From an uncultured Bacteroidales bacterium (GTDB lineage: Bacteria > Bacteroidota > Bacteroidia > Bacteroidales > UBA10428): a stretch of 44,708 bases of DNA. Below the pieces are notes generated by a model, which saw only the letters and a list, made by a program, of their open reading frames with translations, had not been told where the DNA came from and did not search any database. Made by a program: the position numbers and the translations under genes. The stretch spans positions 1 through 44,708 of the forward strand of contig CAYVBH010000003.1 in the NCBI GenBank assembly GCA_964449015.1, in the 5' to 3' direction. Shown here in pieces: positions 7,512 through 17,065 of this stretch (its first letter is position 1; each line of letters opens with the position of its first letter).

Positions 7512-9044
7512 ATGGCCGAGAATTATAAGACCAATAAGTTTGTGAATACAAATGCCTTGTCATTTAGTGAATTAGCAGGTTTCAGATCTGTTTTCAAGAT
7601 GACGACAATTTTCGGTGGTGTTCAGCTATTTAATGTTCTAACTAGCCTGGCAAGAGGCAAGATTTTGGCTATCCTGATTGGAACAACTGGAATGGGACTA
7701 AATGGATTGCTAATGTCCAGCCTTCAGGTCATTAACCGTATTTCCAGCCTGGGATTAAGTGAAAGTGCTGTTAGAAATATTGCAGAAGCAAATTCTTCAA
7801 AAAGCGAGTATCGTATTGCACGTATCTATACCGTATTTAAACGCTGGATATGGGTTACGGCTATTATTGGAGTTTTACTGACAGTTTCTCTTTCTCCTAT
7901 ACTTAGTAAACTAGCTTTTGGTGACGGTAGCTACACAATCGCATTTATATTGCTTTCAGTAACATTTATCTTTGGCGCCTTAACGGGAGGTATTTATACG
8001 CTATTAAGAGGCCTACGGAAAATTAAAGATTTGGCCAAGGCAAATGTCGCAGGATCCTTGGCAGGTCTTCTAATAACGTTCCCATTCTTTTATTATCTGG
8101 GCATTGATGGGGTGGTTCCTGCCATAATAGCTGCAGCTATCGCAACGTACCTGGTTTCTATTTACTTTAAACGCAAAGTGAAATTTGAACCGGTTGTATT
8201 AGGCTGGAAAGAGACCTTTCGCGAGGGCAAACAAATGGCTTCATTGGGTATTACTTTGTCTCTTAGTTCTTTATTGAGCTCGGGGGTTGCTTTCCTGCTA
8301 AATGCATATATTTCGAAACATGGAAACCTTGAAGATTTGGGAATTTTTGGCGCTGGTCAAAGTATTATGAACGGATATGTGGGAATGGTTTTTGCTGCAA
8401 TGGGTACTGATTACTATCCCAGACTGGCAGGAGTGATAAACAACCCGGAGGATTGGACAAAAGTAGTTAACCAACAGATAGAAATTGTTCTTTTGATATT
8501 GGGCCCAATCCTTACGTTTATTTTGTTGAGTGCTCCTTTATTGATTAAACTGTTGCTAAGCATTGAATTCCTGCCGGCGATAGATTACATAGTCTGGTCT
8601 TCACTTGCGGTTTTATTAAAAGGAATCGTATGGGCTTCAGGCTTTATTTTAATTGCAAAAGCAGCTAATAGGATGTTTCTAAATGTACAGATTGCTAGTG
8701 CTCTTTGGTTCTTGCCAATCAGCATATTGCTGTATAAGGGTCTTGGACTATCCGGTTTGGGCCTTGCTTCGGTCATTGATTACTTCTTGTCTGCTATTCT
8801 AATGTACTATCTCCTTCTAAAGAAGTATAGTTTTGTAATCTCTAAAGCAGCTTATAAACTGACATTTATAAATATGATATTATTAGGACTATCGATAGCG
8901 ACAATACTTATTTTCAATTTTCCGGATGCTTACTTTGTTTGTGGATTTGCCTTTTTAATTAGCCTGATTATTTCTCTAATCGGTTTAAACAGGAGACTGA
9001 ATTTATCAGATTATCTCCATTCGCTATGGAAAAGAAAGAAATAG
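7512..9044 (+). CDS. wzx: Oligosaccharide-unit flippase (Wzx, MOP/PST superfamily)
   Basis: 510 aa, hydrophobic throughout with about 12-14 predicted TM segments. Size and composition are typical of polysaccharide-biosynthesis MOP flippases. It is the only such protein in the window. Confidence 0.7.
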   Translation: MAENYKTNKFVNTNALSFSELAGFRSVFKMTTIFGGVQLFNVLTSLARGKILAILIGTTGMGLNGLLMSSLQVINRISSLGLSESAVRNIAEANSSKSEYRIARIYTVFKRWIWVTAIIGVLLTVSLSPILSKLAFGDGSYTIAFILLSVTFIFGALTGGIYTLLRGLRKIKDLAKANVAGSLAGLLITFPFFYYLGIDGVVPAIIAAAIATYLVSIYFKRKVKFEPVVLGWKETFREGKQMASLGITLSLSSLLSSGVAFLLNAYISKHGNLEDLGIFGAGQSIMNGYVGMVFAAMGTDYYPRLAGVINNPEDWTKVVNQQIEIVLLILGPILTFILLSAPLLIKLLLSIEFLPAIDYIVWSSLAVLLKGIVWASGFILIAKAANRMFLNVQIASALWFLPISILLYKGLGLSGLGLASVIDYFLSAILMYYLLLKKYSFVISKAAYKLTFINMILLGLSIATILIFNFPDAYFVCGFAFLISLIISLIGLNRRLNLSDYLHSLWKRKK

Positions 9045-10033
9045 AAGATTCGGCCAAATTCCCATTGGTGACCATCGTCGTCTGTACTTATAATAGCGGT
9101 GAATTCATTTTGGAAGCACTTGAAAGTGTCAAAGCCCAAACCTTTAGTAATATTGAGTTGATAATAACTGATGATGGATCGCAGGATGACACTGTTCAAA
9201 AAGTTAAAGCATGGACCGGCTATGCAATAAACAGTCAAAGATTCTTACGAATAAAAGTACTGGAGTCTGCAACTAATACTGGAACATCAGCTAATGTCAA
9301 CAGAGGACTATATGCTTCATGGGGCGAGTGGATTATTTTTTTAGCTGGTGACGACTCATTAAAACCAGCCTGTGTTGAGGCAAATGTCAGGTGGATTACG
9401 TCAAATCCTCAAATCAAGGTACTTTTTTCCAAGGTTGATGTGTATCGATATAATCTCGAGCCACATAGTTTTATTTATAGCACACCTGGTGATCCATATA
9501 ATAAGTGTGGTATTTTAGCCCCGGGAAGGAGCGCCTGGTCTCAGCATAAGATGCTGCTCCTTTGCGACAGGATTCATTTTACGCCTTCATTGTTCATCAA
9601 TCGTAATACCTTGATTTCTGTTAAGGGATTTGATGAGAGATTTAAATTGTATGAAGACTATCCTCTCTGGTTGAAGCTAACCCAAGCTGGTCATAGATTA
9701 TACTTCATGGATGAAACAACCGTGAATTACAGGCAGCATCAAGGAGCGTGCAATAACAAATTTAGTGATTACTTGATAAACCCCAACTATTTCAAAATGG
9801 AATATCTCAGGAGAAAATGCACATATCCATTTCTTCCCTTTGATATTAGACTTAACCAGAGGATGACTTATTTCATTTCTCTGCTATTTAAGAATGGGCT
9901 GCTTAGCAGGAACAGCAGGCATAATAGGGTCCTTCTGGACTTACTCACAGTATACCTAAATCCAATAAAGTATTTCATCTGGTTAAAGAAAAAAGTTTTG
10001 ATCAATCTGAGGCAGGATGAATTTTATATGTGA
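9026..10033 (+). CDS. Family 2 glycosyltransferase
   Basis: 335 aa. N-terminal GT-A signature VTIVVCTYNSGEFILEALESVKAQTFSNIELIITDDGSQDDT, with a DxD-like LAGDD. Confidence 0.85.
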   Translation: MEKKEIEDSAKFPLVTIVVCTYNSGEFILEALESVKAQTFSNIELIITDDGSQDDTVQKVKAWTGYAINSQRFLRIKVLESATNTGTSANVNRGLYASWGEWIIFLAGDDSLKPACVEANVRWITSNPQIKVLFSKVDVYRYNLEPHSFIYSTPGDPYNKCGILAPGRSAWSQHKMLLLCDRIHFTPSLFINRNTLISVKGFDERFKLYEDYPLWLKLTQAGHRLYFMDETTVNYRQHQGACNNKFSDYLINPNYFKMEYLRRKCTYPFLPFDIRLNQRMTYFISLLFKNGLLSRNSRHNRVLLDLLTVYLNPIKYFIWLKKKVLINLRQDEFYM

Positions 10034-10094
10034 ATCGTTCATTCAGGATAGATCCGTGTTTATGCTAGGTTAATCAACATCTAATGAATCAGAT

Positions 10095-11126
10095 ATGTTA
10101 TCTATGCTTCGCCTTTCGATAATTATTCCCATGTATAATGTAGAACCTTACATTGAAAGGTGTCTGAGTAGTCTTCAAGATCAGGACATTCCCATGGAGG
10201 AGTATGAGATAATATGTATAAATGATGGATCTCCGGATAATAGCCGAGAGGTAGTTATCAGGTTCCAACGACAGAACAAAAATATTATTTTAATAGATCA
10301 GTCAAATCAAGGAGTAAGTAAGGCAAGAAACAATGGCATTAATGTTGCCAGGGGTAAATACTTGCTTTTTGTTGACCCGGATGACTATATTATTCCAAAT
10401 TCGCTTAATAGCAGACTAGTAAATGCCGAAGATAAATCGGCACAGGTTTCAGTTCTTGGATTCACCTTTTTAGATAAGGACGGGCTAATCCTTAAAGAAA
10501 TCTTCAGTGAGGCCTATACATCAGAGGTTTATCGGGGCACTGAAGCTTACTTTTTGGCCCGTGGTGATGGACGAACTGATCCTGACAGGACTTGGGCAAT
10601 ATTGTTTGATAAAGGCTTCATTATTCATTACAATCTCCTCTTTTTGTCTGATATGCCTTATTTGGAAGATGGTGAATTTATTGCGCGGGTTTTTTGCCTG
10701 GCAAACAGATGTATTTTTGATGGCGCCTCTTTCTACATGAGAACCACTCGCCCTGGCTCAGCGACAAACTCAAGTCTTTTTCATTCTAGTCCTGCCGCCC
10801 TAGGATTAATGCGTTCGGTTATAGGTCTGAAAGCGTTCCAGAAATCTTTGAACCTTAGCCAGGAGCAAAAACGATTCCTTAATCAGCCGATTTGTAAATT
10901 TGTGTTGCTTGCCTTGAAGTCTGGATTCAAATTTCCATATTGGCGGAATTACAAAAAGATGATTGCCAAACTCCATGCACATGAGCTTAACAAACTTGAT
11001 CTGACAGGAGTAGTTAAACCATATAATTATTTCGGCTACTTATATAATAATTACCGTTTGGTATTTTTGTTAAATCTTGTCTTTCATGAGACAAAAGTAA
11101 CTCTAAAAAAGGTTCTCGGGAAATGA
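10095..11126 (+). CDS. Family 2 glycosyltransferase
   Basis: 343 aa. LSIIIPMYNVEPYIERCLSSLQDQ...YEIICINDGSPDNS, with a DxD-like FVDPDD. Confidence 0.85.
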   Translation: MLSMLRLSIIIPMYNVEPYIERCLSSLQDQDIPMEEYEIICINDGSPDNSREVVIRFQRQNKNIILIDQSNQGVSKARNNGINVARGKYLLFVDPDDYIIPNSLNSRLVNAEDKSAQVSVLGFTFLDKDGLILKEIFSEAYTSEVYRGTEAYFLARGDGRTDPDRTWAILFDKGFIIHYNLLFLSDMPYLEDGEFIARVFCLANRCIFDGASFYMRTTRPGSATNSSLFHSSPAALGLMRSVIGLKAFQKSLNLSQEQKRFLNQPICKFVLLALKSGFKFPYWRNYKKMIAKLHAHELNKLDLTGVVKPYNYFGYLYNNYRLVFLLNLVFHETKVTLKKVLGK

Positions 11127-11189
11127 GTTCATTCCCTTACCACTGCCCTTTTATGGATCGCATTAATCCTTCTCAAGTGTAGGACGCGT

Positions 11190-12320
11190 ATGATCAAGGT
11201 CGTTCATATACATACTGATCTAAAATTTATTTCAGGGACACATGATTTTGAAGGAGGAATATTTGAAAACTCTATAATCCTTATTTCAAATAATTGTGAC
11301 GCTAGAACATCTATGTCGGAAAATCCGAAAGAATGGTTGCTATATGATTACTCAACTAAAAGTGTAAATGAAATTATCAGGCTATGTAGCTGCGTTGATC
11401 TTGTTGTATTGTATGACCTGAACTTTATCAAATGTGTCATTGCAATGAAACTTCCTTTAAATATTAAGGTAGCTTGGCGTTTTTTCGGATATGAACTATA
11501 TGGCAGGGAGTATGAACTATATCTCAGTCAACTAAGCCTTGAAGCCAACAAAATGAGTTTCTATCAGAAGGCTAAAGATAAACTGTCGGATATCGTGGTC
11601 TCTATTGTCGGGTTAATCAACTGGGGCTACCAGGAGAGGCAGTTATTTGACTCAGCACTTAATAGGATTGACTACTTCCTTGGATTTTCGAAAGCGGAAT
11701 ATGATTATTTGTACAAGCGATGGAATGGGTTGCCTTGTTTTATTCAGCTACCGTTAAATCCCCCATCTGTACTTGATCCTGCAATTCTGAAGAAGCGCAG
11801 TCAGGTTATCATTAGCAACAACAAAACCGTTTATAATAACAGTCTGGACATAATAAAGATTGTTGAATCTGCCAAAATTGAAGAGAAAATTCAGTTTGTT
11901 TTATTATTTAATTATGGTCCGGAGACGAATTACTCAAGGGAAGTACTCAAGGCGGTCAAAGACAGAAAACACTTTACTGTCATTTTGGATTATTTGTCTT
12001 CTGACGAGTTCACTTATCTGTATCAAGGAACTAGTGCTGCCGTCTTTAACGTTTATCGCCAAATGGCGTTGGGAAATATTTTCATATGTCTTGTTTCTGG
12101 AGTAAAGCTTTACCTGAACAAAACGAATATTATTATGCATTGGCTCATTTCTCGGGGTTTTATTGTTAGTTCTATCGATAAACTCTCAGAAGATCTGGGA
12201 AAAGACGACATTGAACTCTCTGCAGAAGAGAAAAGACACAATTATGACAAATACCAAGAGTTAGCATTGAGATATTCAAAGGAAGATTTTCAGAAGACTT
12301 TTTATGAAATGATGAAATAG
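11190..12320 (+). CDS. WecF-like (GT56, TDP-Fuc4NAc:lipid II transferase family) glycosyltransferase
   Basis: 376 aa. Several blocks are colinear with E. coli WecF as recalled. WRFFGYELY matches WHIWGADLYE. VIISNNKTVYNNSLDII matches ILVGNSGDRSNEHIAAL. IQFVLLFNYGPETNY matches VKVVVPMGYPPNNEAY. FNVYRQMALGNIFICLVSGVKLYLNKTN matches [28 protein letters not shown]. Confidence 0.55.
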   Translation: MIKVVHIHTDLKFISGTHDFEGGIFENSIILISNNCDARTSMSENPKEWLLYDYSTKSVNEIIRLCSCVDLVVLYDLNFIKCVIAMKLPLNIKVAWRFFGYELYGREYELYLSQLSLEANKMSFYQKAKDKLSDIVVSIVGLINWGYQERQLFDSALNRIDYFLGFSKAEYDYLYKRWNGLPCFIQLPLNPPSVLDPAILKKRSQVIISNNKTVYNNSLDIIKIVESAKIEEKIQFVLLFNYGPETNYSREVLKAVKDRKHFTVILDYLSSDEFTYLYQGTSAAVFNVYRQMALGNIFICLVSGVKLYLNKTNIIMHWLISRGFIVSSIDKLSEDLGKDDIELSAEEKRHNYDKYQELALRYSKEDFQKTFYEMMK

Positions 12321-12498
12321 CAAACAAAAAATGACTCGAGGTTAAGGGCAACTTGACTCAATTCGAAATCTCGGAATCTGGGACTTTTTTTCAGGTTTTA
12401 TTTTCATGACATCTTATCTTGCCAGTCGGTGCAAGTGGTTTTAATCCTTAATCTGGTCACATTTCAAAGCACATTGTTAAACTCTATTCTTATTGTTT

Positions 12499-13731
12499 AT
12501 GAATCAAGTTAAGATATTCACCTTAGTGCCTACCATAACCAAAAGACTCCATCTGAGCGCAATTTTCAGTTCAATTGTACATCCCTCACAATTAGCCGTG
12601 CTGTTGCGTGACCTTACCGGACTCAGGGGTAACATAGATTCAAATAGTGAGCACCTTAAATCTGTCATGAACTGGTTGCGCTGTTCGCAGGATAATACGA
12701 ATTCGGGAGGTTGTTCAGGTTCCTATGGATTTGAATATGGCTGGGCCCCACCTTATCCCGAAACCACCGGATATATTATTTCAACATTTTTAAAATATGC
12801 CAAGTTGGTTCAGGATAATGATTTTCTTGAAAGAGCAAAGCGAATGGGTGACTGGGAAATTGAAATACAGCTTCCATCAGGGGCTGTCAGAGGTGGTACA
12901 GGTATTAACGACTATGGCATAGTATTTAATACCGGAATGGTAATTCTTGGGTGGATTGACCTATTTCAACATACTGGGAATTCTGATTACCTGTGTGCTG
13001 CCATAAAGGCATCTGACTGGTTGTGTTCAATTTTAGACGATGATGGTAAATGGAGCAGGTATACATATAATAACATTCCTCACGCATATCATGCGAGAGT
13101 ATCATGGGCCTTATTGGAAGTTCATAAGCATACAAACGACAGCATCAGTAAGGATATTGCACTCAAAAATATTGAATGGGTACTTTCCCTTACCCAGGAA
13201 AATGGTTGGATAAATGAAATGGGATTTCATAAAGGAGAAAAGCCCCTGACACATACCATTGCCTATACACTAAGAGGCTTGTTGGAGTGTTCAGGCCTGG
13301 TTGAAGAGCCAATAAGACAAAGGATACTTAACGCTGTCCTGAAAGCAGGAGAGATTCTAATGCTAAAGTATGAGGTAAATAAAAAACACCCTAATGGTGA
13401 TCCGGATTTTTTAGTGGGTCGATTCGACAACAGATGGCGTTCGTTTGGACAGTTTTCATGTCTGACAGGAGATGCACAAATAGCAATAATATGGTTGAGA
13501 ATATATCAATTATTTGATGATGCAAGGTTTCTGAATGCAGCCCTTAAAGTAGTTGATCAACTTAAGTCACTTCAATTATTGAAGAGCAGAAATAGCGGTA
13601 TTCGCGGAGGAATTGCAGGATCTTACCCTATATGGGGAAACTATATGCCGTTCTGCTATCCAAATTGGGCAGCTAAATTTTTTGCTGACGCCCTGATGCT
13701 ACTTGAAGAAATAATGCAAGAAATTGAATAG
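12499..13731 (+). CDS. (alpha/alpha)6-toroid-like protein (squalene-cyclase / AGE / C5-epimerase-like repeats), function unknown
   Basis: The ORF track starts at TTG 12493; the first ATG is 12499. Periodic helix-pair motifs are typical of alpha/alpha toroids (GGCSGSYGFEYGWAPPYPETTGYIISTFLKYAKL..DNDFLERAKRMGDW; DGKWSRY; ENGWINE; GIRGGIAGSYPIWGNY). No signal peptide. Confidence 0.6.
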   Translation: MNQVKIFTLVPTITKRLHLSAIFSSIVHPSQLAVLLRDLTGLRGNIDSNSEHLKSVMNWLRCSQDNTNSGGCSGSYGFEYGWAPPYPETTGYIISTFLKYAKLVQDNDFLERAKRMGDWEIEIQLPSGAVRGGTGINDYGIVFNTGMVILGWIDLFQHTGNSDYLCAAIKASDWLCSILDDDGKWSRYTYNNIPHAYHARVSWALLEVHKHTNDSISKDIALKNIEWVLSLTQENGWINEMGFHKGEKPLTHTIAYTLRGLLECSGLVEEPIRQRILNAVLKAGEILMLKYEVNKKHPNGDPDFLVGRFDNRWRSFGQFSCLTGDAQIAIIWLRIYQLFDDARFLNAALKVVDQLKSLQLLKSRNSGIRGGIAGSYPIWGNYMPFCYPNWAAKFFADALMLLEEIMQEIE

Positions 13732-13740
13732 AGGCAACAT

Positions 13741-14541
13741 ATGAAGATCGGAATCGCAGCTTCAAATAATAATGACTATGCAGAAATACTCTTAAACTAT
13801 TTGCTTAAGAATGACATTGTCCCAGAATGTGTGGTAATTGTAAGGAGACCATTCTACAAGAAGATCAGAAGCAATTTCAATCTTGAAGGTATCTTGGCCT
13901 ATTCTAAACACTTATACTGCAGAAAGGGTGGTAAAGAGCCCAGACATGAACCATTTTATTTGAAGGAATTTGCAATCCATCAGAATATTTATACTCCCGA
14001 ATTACGATTGGCCCAGAAATGCAAAGAAGCCGAGATTAAATGTTTCATCGTTCCTGACATTAATTCGAAGAAAGCAATAAAACGGCTGCGAAGTTTTAAC
14101 CTGGACCTTCTGATAAATTCAAGTGCAGGATTATTCAGGTCAGATATCATTAATTCGGTGAGAAATGGTATCCTAAATGCCCACATGGCTTATTTGCCCA
14201 CTTTCAGGGGCATGAATGTTCTGGAATGGAGCCTGTTTAGTAATAAGACTATCGGAGTGACACTTCATTTCATAGACAAAGGTATTGACACCGGAGATAT
14301 ACTGTTATTTAAACAAATACCACTTAAGACTGGTGATTCAATAGAAGACCTCAGAAACAAATCTTCAGTTGTAAGTTTGGACCTTACTATCCAGGGCATT
14401 AAAGGCCTTTGCAATAACACTCTTTTGAGGAGACCCCAATTAATAGCTGACGGCAAGCAATATTATGTAATGCATCCTAGATTAAAGTCAATAGCGAGAA
14501 AACGATTAATTGGTTTTACCACTAGCAATAGCGGCATTTAG
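13741..14541 (+). CDS. Formyltransferase-domain protein (Fmt/ArnA/sugar N-formyltransferase family)
   Basis: 266 aa. The catalytic Asn-x-His plus LPxxRG block is ILNAHMAYLPTFRGMN, and the downstream Asp is in FIDKGIDTGDIL. It starts 9 nt after the toroid gene. Confidence 0.7.
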   Translation: MKIGIAASNNNDYAEILLNYLLKNDIVPECVVIVRRPFYKKIRSNFNLEGILAYSKHLYCRKGGKEPRHEPFYLKEFAIHQNIYTPELRLAQKCKEAEIKCFIVPDINSKKAIKRLRSFNLDLLINSSAGLFRSDIINSVRNGILNAHMAYLPTFRGMNVLEWSLFSNKTIGVTLHFIDKGIDTGDILLFKQIPLKTGDSIEDLRNKSSVVSLDLTIQGIKGLCNNTLLRRPQLIADGKQYYVMHPRLKSIARKRLIGFTTSNSGI

Positions 14542-14564
14542 GTTGAAATAAAAGGATTTATACT

Positions 14565-15701
14565 ATGGTACCAAGATCGGCCGGACGAAGAAAAATTTTA
14601 CTCGTTTCTAATGGTTTCTATCCGGAAATATCTCCACGCAGTTACCGGGCGACTGAGCTGGCAATAGAATTTTCTCGGCTGGGACATGATGTTACAGTAA
14701 TTTCTAAGCATCGCGATTACGACTATGAAGATTTCTTATCTCAGTTTCCGATATGCCTGAAGATGTGGAGTAGGTCAAGACTTCCAACAGGGCCGGTTTG
14801 CAAGTGGAAGCCATTAAGAGTAATGATATCCGGCCTGTCAAGATTGCTAAATATCTTGTTTGAGTATCCTGTAATTGAGGAAATGTTTAAGGTTAAGAAT
14901 GTACTTAAAAATGAAAGCAATTATGATCTAATAATTTCTTTTGCGGTACCTTATCCTGTTCATTGGGGCGTTGCATGGTCCAGGTCTGAGAGGCATGCCA
15001 TTGCTGAAACATGGATTGCGGATTGTGGGGATCCATTCATGGGCGACGTAATGGATTCTTTTAAACATCCGTTTTATTTCAAGTACCTTGAAAAGTGGTT
15101 CTGCAGGAGAGCAGACTATATCTCTGTTCCAATAGAAGGTGCGATAGAGGGCTATTATCCCGAATTCCATCATAAAATTAAGATAATACCGCAGGGTTTT
15201 GCATTTAATAATTGTGCCAGAGTTTTAGGAGAACCGAATAATGATGAACCTACATTTGGTTATGCTGGTAGCTTTATCCCTGGCGCTCGAGATCCAAAGC
15301 AATTAATGTCATTCCTTGCAACCTTGGATATACCCTTTAAATTTGTGATTTTTACAAATGATCCAAGTTCAGTTATGGAGTACAAATCCGTTTTGAAGAA
15401 TAAGTTGGTAGTTCGAGATTATATACCAAGGGGGGAGCTTGTGGAAATTTTGTCGAAAATGGATTTTCTCATCAATTTTGACAACAACACCAGACGAAAT
15501 TCTCCAAGCAAGCTTATTGATTACGCCTTGTCAGGGCGCCCTGTACTGAGCATTGCCAGAGTTTTCAAAAGTACGGAGATCTTAGCCTTCATAAACGGAG
15601 ACTATAAAGGGCAGATGGTTCTGCCAGATATACAGCAATACCACATTACACAAGTATCCTCTGCTTTTCTGAAACTTCTTGAAGATAAAGGGACCCCATG
15701 A
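14565..15701 (+). CDS. GT-B fold glycosyltransferase (GT4-like)
   Basis: 378 aa. N-terminal KILLVSNGFYPEISPRSYRATELAIEFSRLGHDVTVIS and C-terminal donor-binding-type SPSKLIDYALSGRPVLSI. Confidence 0.7.
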   Translation: MVPRSAGRRKILLVSNGFYPEISPRSYRATELAIEFSRLGHDVTVISKHRDYDYEDFLSQFPICLKMWSRSRLPTGPVCKWKPLRVMISGLSRLLNILFEYPVIEEMFKVKNVLKNESNYDLIISFAVPYPVHWGVAWSRSERHAIAETWIADCGDPFMGDVMDSFKHPFYFKYLEKWFCRRADYISVPIEGAIEGYYPEFHHKIKIIPQGFAFNNCARVLGEPNNDEPTFGYAGSFIPGARDPKQLMSFLATLDIPFKFVIFTNDPSSVMEYKSVLKNKLVVRDYIPRGELVEILSKMDFLINFDNNTRRNSPSKLIDYALSGRPVLSIARVFKSTEILAFINGDYKGQMVLPDIQQYHITQVSSAFLKLLEDKGTP

Positions 15702-16960
15702 ATGGAGTAACCTCACATAATACTATGGCAACAGGTGCTTTATCGGCCAGGTATTATTTGTACTTGTTTATCTTATGGCCTTTTCTTGCCTTAATGACGG
15801 CCTTATTAAACTTTAGTCAGAAAGAGGCTCGGACAGTTATTTATCTTTTCATGATTTATTACGGCCTGACATATGTTTTATTGTCAACAGGATACGTGGA
15901 TGCCGTTGGCTATTCAATGGCTCTAAAGTTTAATTCGTCACTTCCCTTTTCGGAGTTTTTTAAGGTGGTTGGAGGATTATATTCTGGCGAAGATTCTATG
16001 GATATCATAGAGCCATTAATTTCATTTCTTGTTTCACGTTTTACAAGCGATCATAGAATTTTGTTTGCTGCCTATGCTGCTCTGTTCGGATTCTTCTATC
16101 TGAAGAGTATTACAATAGTCTATAATGAATTTCAATCAAATATTGAAATAAATGCAATTATTCACTTGATTTTTTTAATAGTAATCGTACCAATTACTGC
16201 TATTAATGGTGTCAGGTTCTGGACGGCGACGTGGATTTTCTTCTATGGTGCCTACAATGTGGTGTTGCATCGTGATCCCAAATATTTCATTGTTACTTTA
16301 GGAGCATCATTGATGCACTGGAGTTTCCTGTCTGTAAATGGAATCCTTATTATATATTATTTTCTTGGTAACCGCAATCTATTGTATTTCCCAATGGCCA
16401 TCGCATCATTTATTTTGCCTGAAATTATTTCTCCTGTTTTCCAAAGGATTTCATTAATGTTAGGAGGTGGTATTCAGGGTAGGTATGAGTCATATACGGA
16501 TGAATTTTATAGAGGAGTTGTTCAGGATGTTGCTCAGGAGGCTACATGGTTCTTGAAGATTGGGAATAGTCTGGTTTTAGTCTATCTTATTTTAGCGGTT
16601 CTAATAATATATTTTGTCTATGGTAACGTAATGAAAGGCAAAGCGGAACGAAATTTATTCAGCTTTCTTTTAATACTGTTGTCATTTGTGAATTTTGGCA
16701 AGACAATACCTTCTTTTGGTGGACGATTTCAACTCGTATTCTTCATCTTTGCAACGGTTTACATTATTCTATATTTCGCTAAAAATCAAGAGAGTAAGCT
16801 TAATTTTATTACATTACTGGGCATATTCCCAATGATCTTGTACACTGCTATTGTCTTCAGGCAGGGTTCTGATAGTATTAATGCATGGATTTTTGCCCCG
16901 ATCTTTGGTTTGCCTTTCTTTCGACCGGATATATCAATAGGTACGATCTTATTTAATTAG
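15698..16960 (+). CDS. Wzy-type repeat-unit polymerase candidate (EpsG/Wzy-like polytopic membrane protein)
   Basis: 420 aa with 10 or more hydrophobic segments and one larger charged loop (GGGIQGRYESYTDEFYRGVVQDVAQE). ATGA overlap with the upstream GT at 15698-15701. Assigned by topology and context only. Confidence 0.5.
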   Translation: MNGVTSHNTMATGALSARYYLYLFILWPFLALMTALLNFSQKEARTVIYLFMIYYGLTYVLLSTGYVDAVGYSMALKFNSSLPFSEFFKVVGGLYSGEDSMDIIEPLISFLVSRFTSDHRILFAAYAALFGFFYLKSITIVYNEFQSNIEINAIIHLIFLIVIVPITAINGVRFWTATWIFFYGAYNVVLHRDPKYFIVTLGASLMHWSFLSVNGILIIYYFLGNRNLLYFPMAIASFILPEIISPVFQRISLMLGGGIQGRYESYTDEFYRGVVQDVAQEATWFLKIGNSLVLVYLILAVLIIYFVYGNVMKGKAERNLFSFLLILLSFVNFGKTIPSFGGRFQLVFFIFATVYIILYFAKNQESKLNFITLLGIFPMILYTAIVFRQGSDSINAWIFAPIFGLPFFRPDISIGTILFN

Positions 16961-17065
16961 CCAACCCTTGAGAAGTAGCTATATTGTTGACAAATAACTA
17001 TATGAAATAATGCTTATGTTAATTCGATTGCAGGCTTTTAGTAAGTTAGTTGAAAAGCTTGCATA

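Noticed and set aside
10507-10740. Same-strand out-of-frame ORFs inside GT genes (also 11860-12105, 23081-23278, 29829-30047, 39089-39704).
   Set aside because: They are embedded in alternative frames of genes with strong family motifs, and nothing in the sequence indicates overlapping coding.
17030-17062. Hairpin GCAGGCTTTT-(13 nt)-AAAAGCTTGC after the wzy-like gene. I considered it as a terminator or an IS terminal structure.
   Set aside because: The stem has a mismatch and is AT-rich, and no T-tract follows. It lies 70 nt past the stop. This is too weak to call a terminator, and I cannot pair it with a second IS end.
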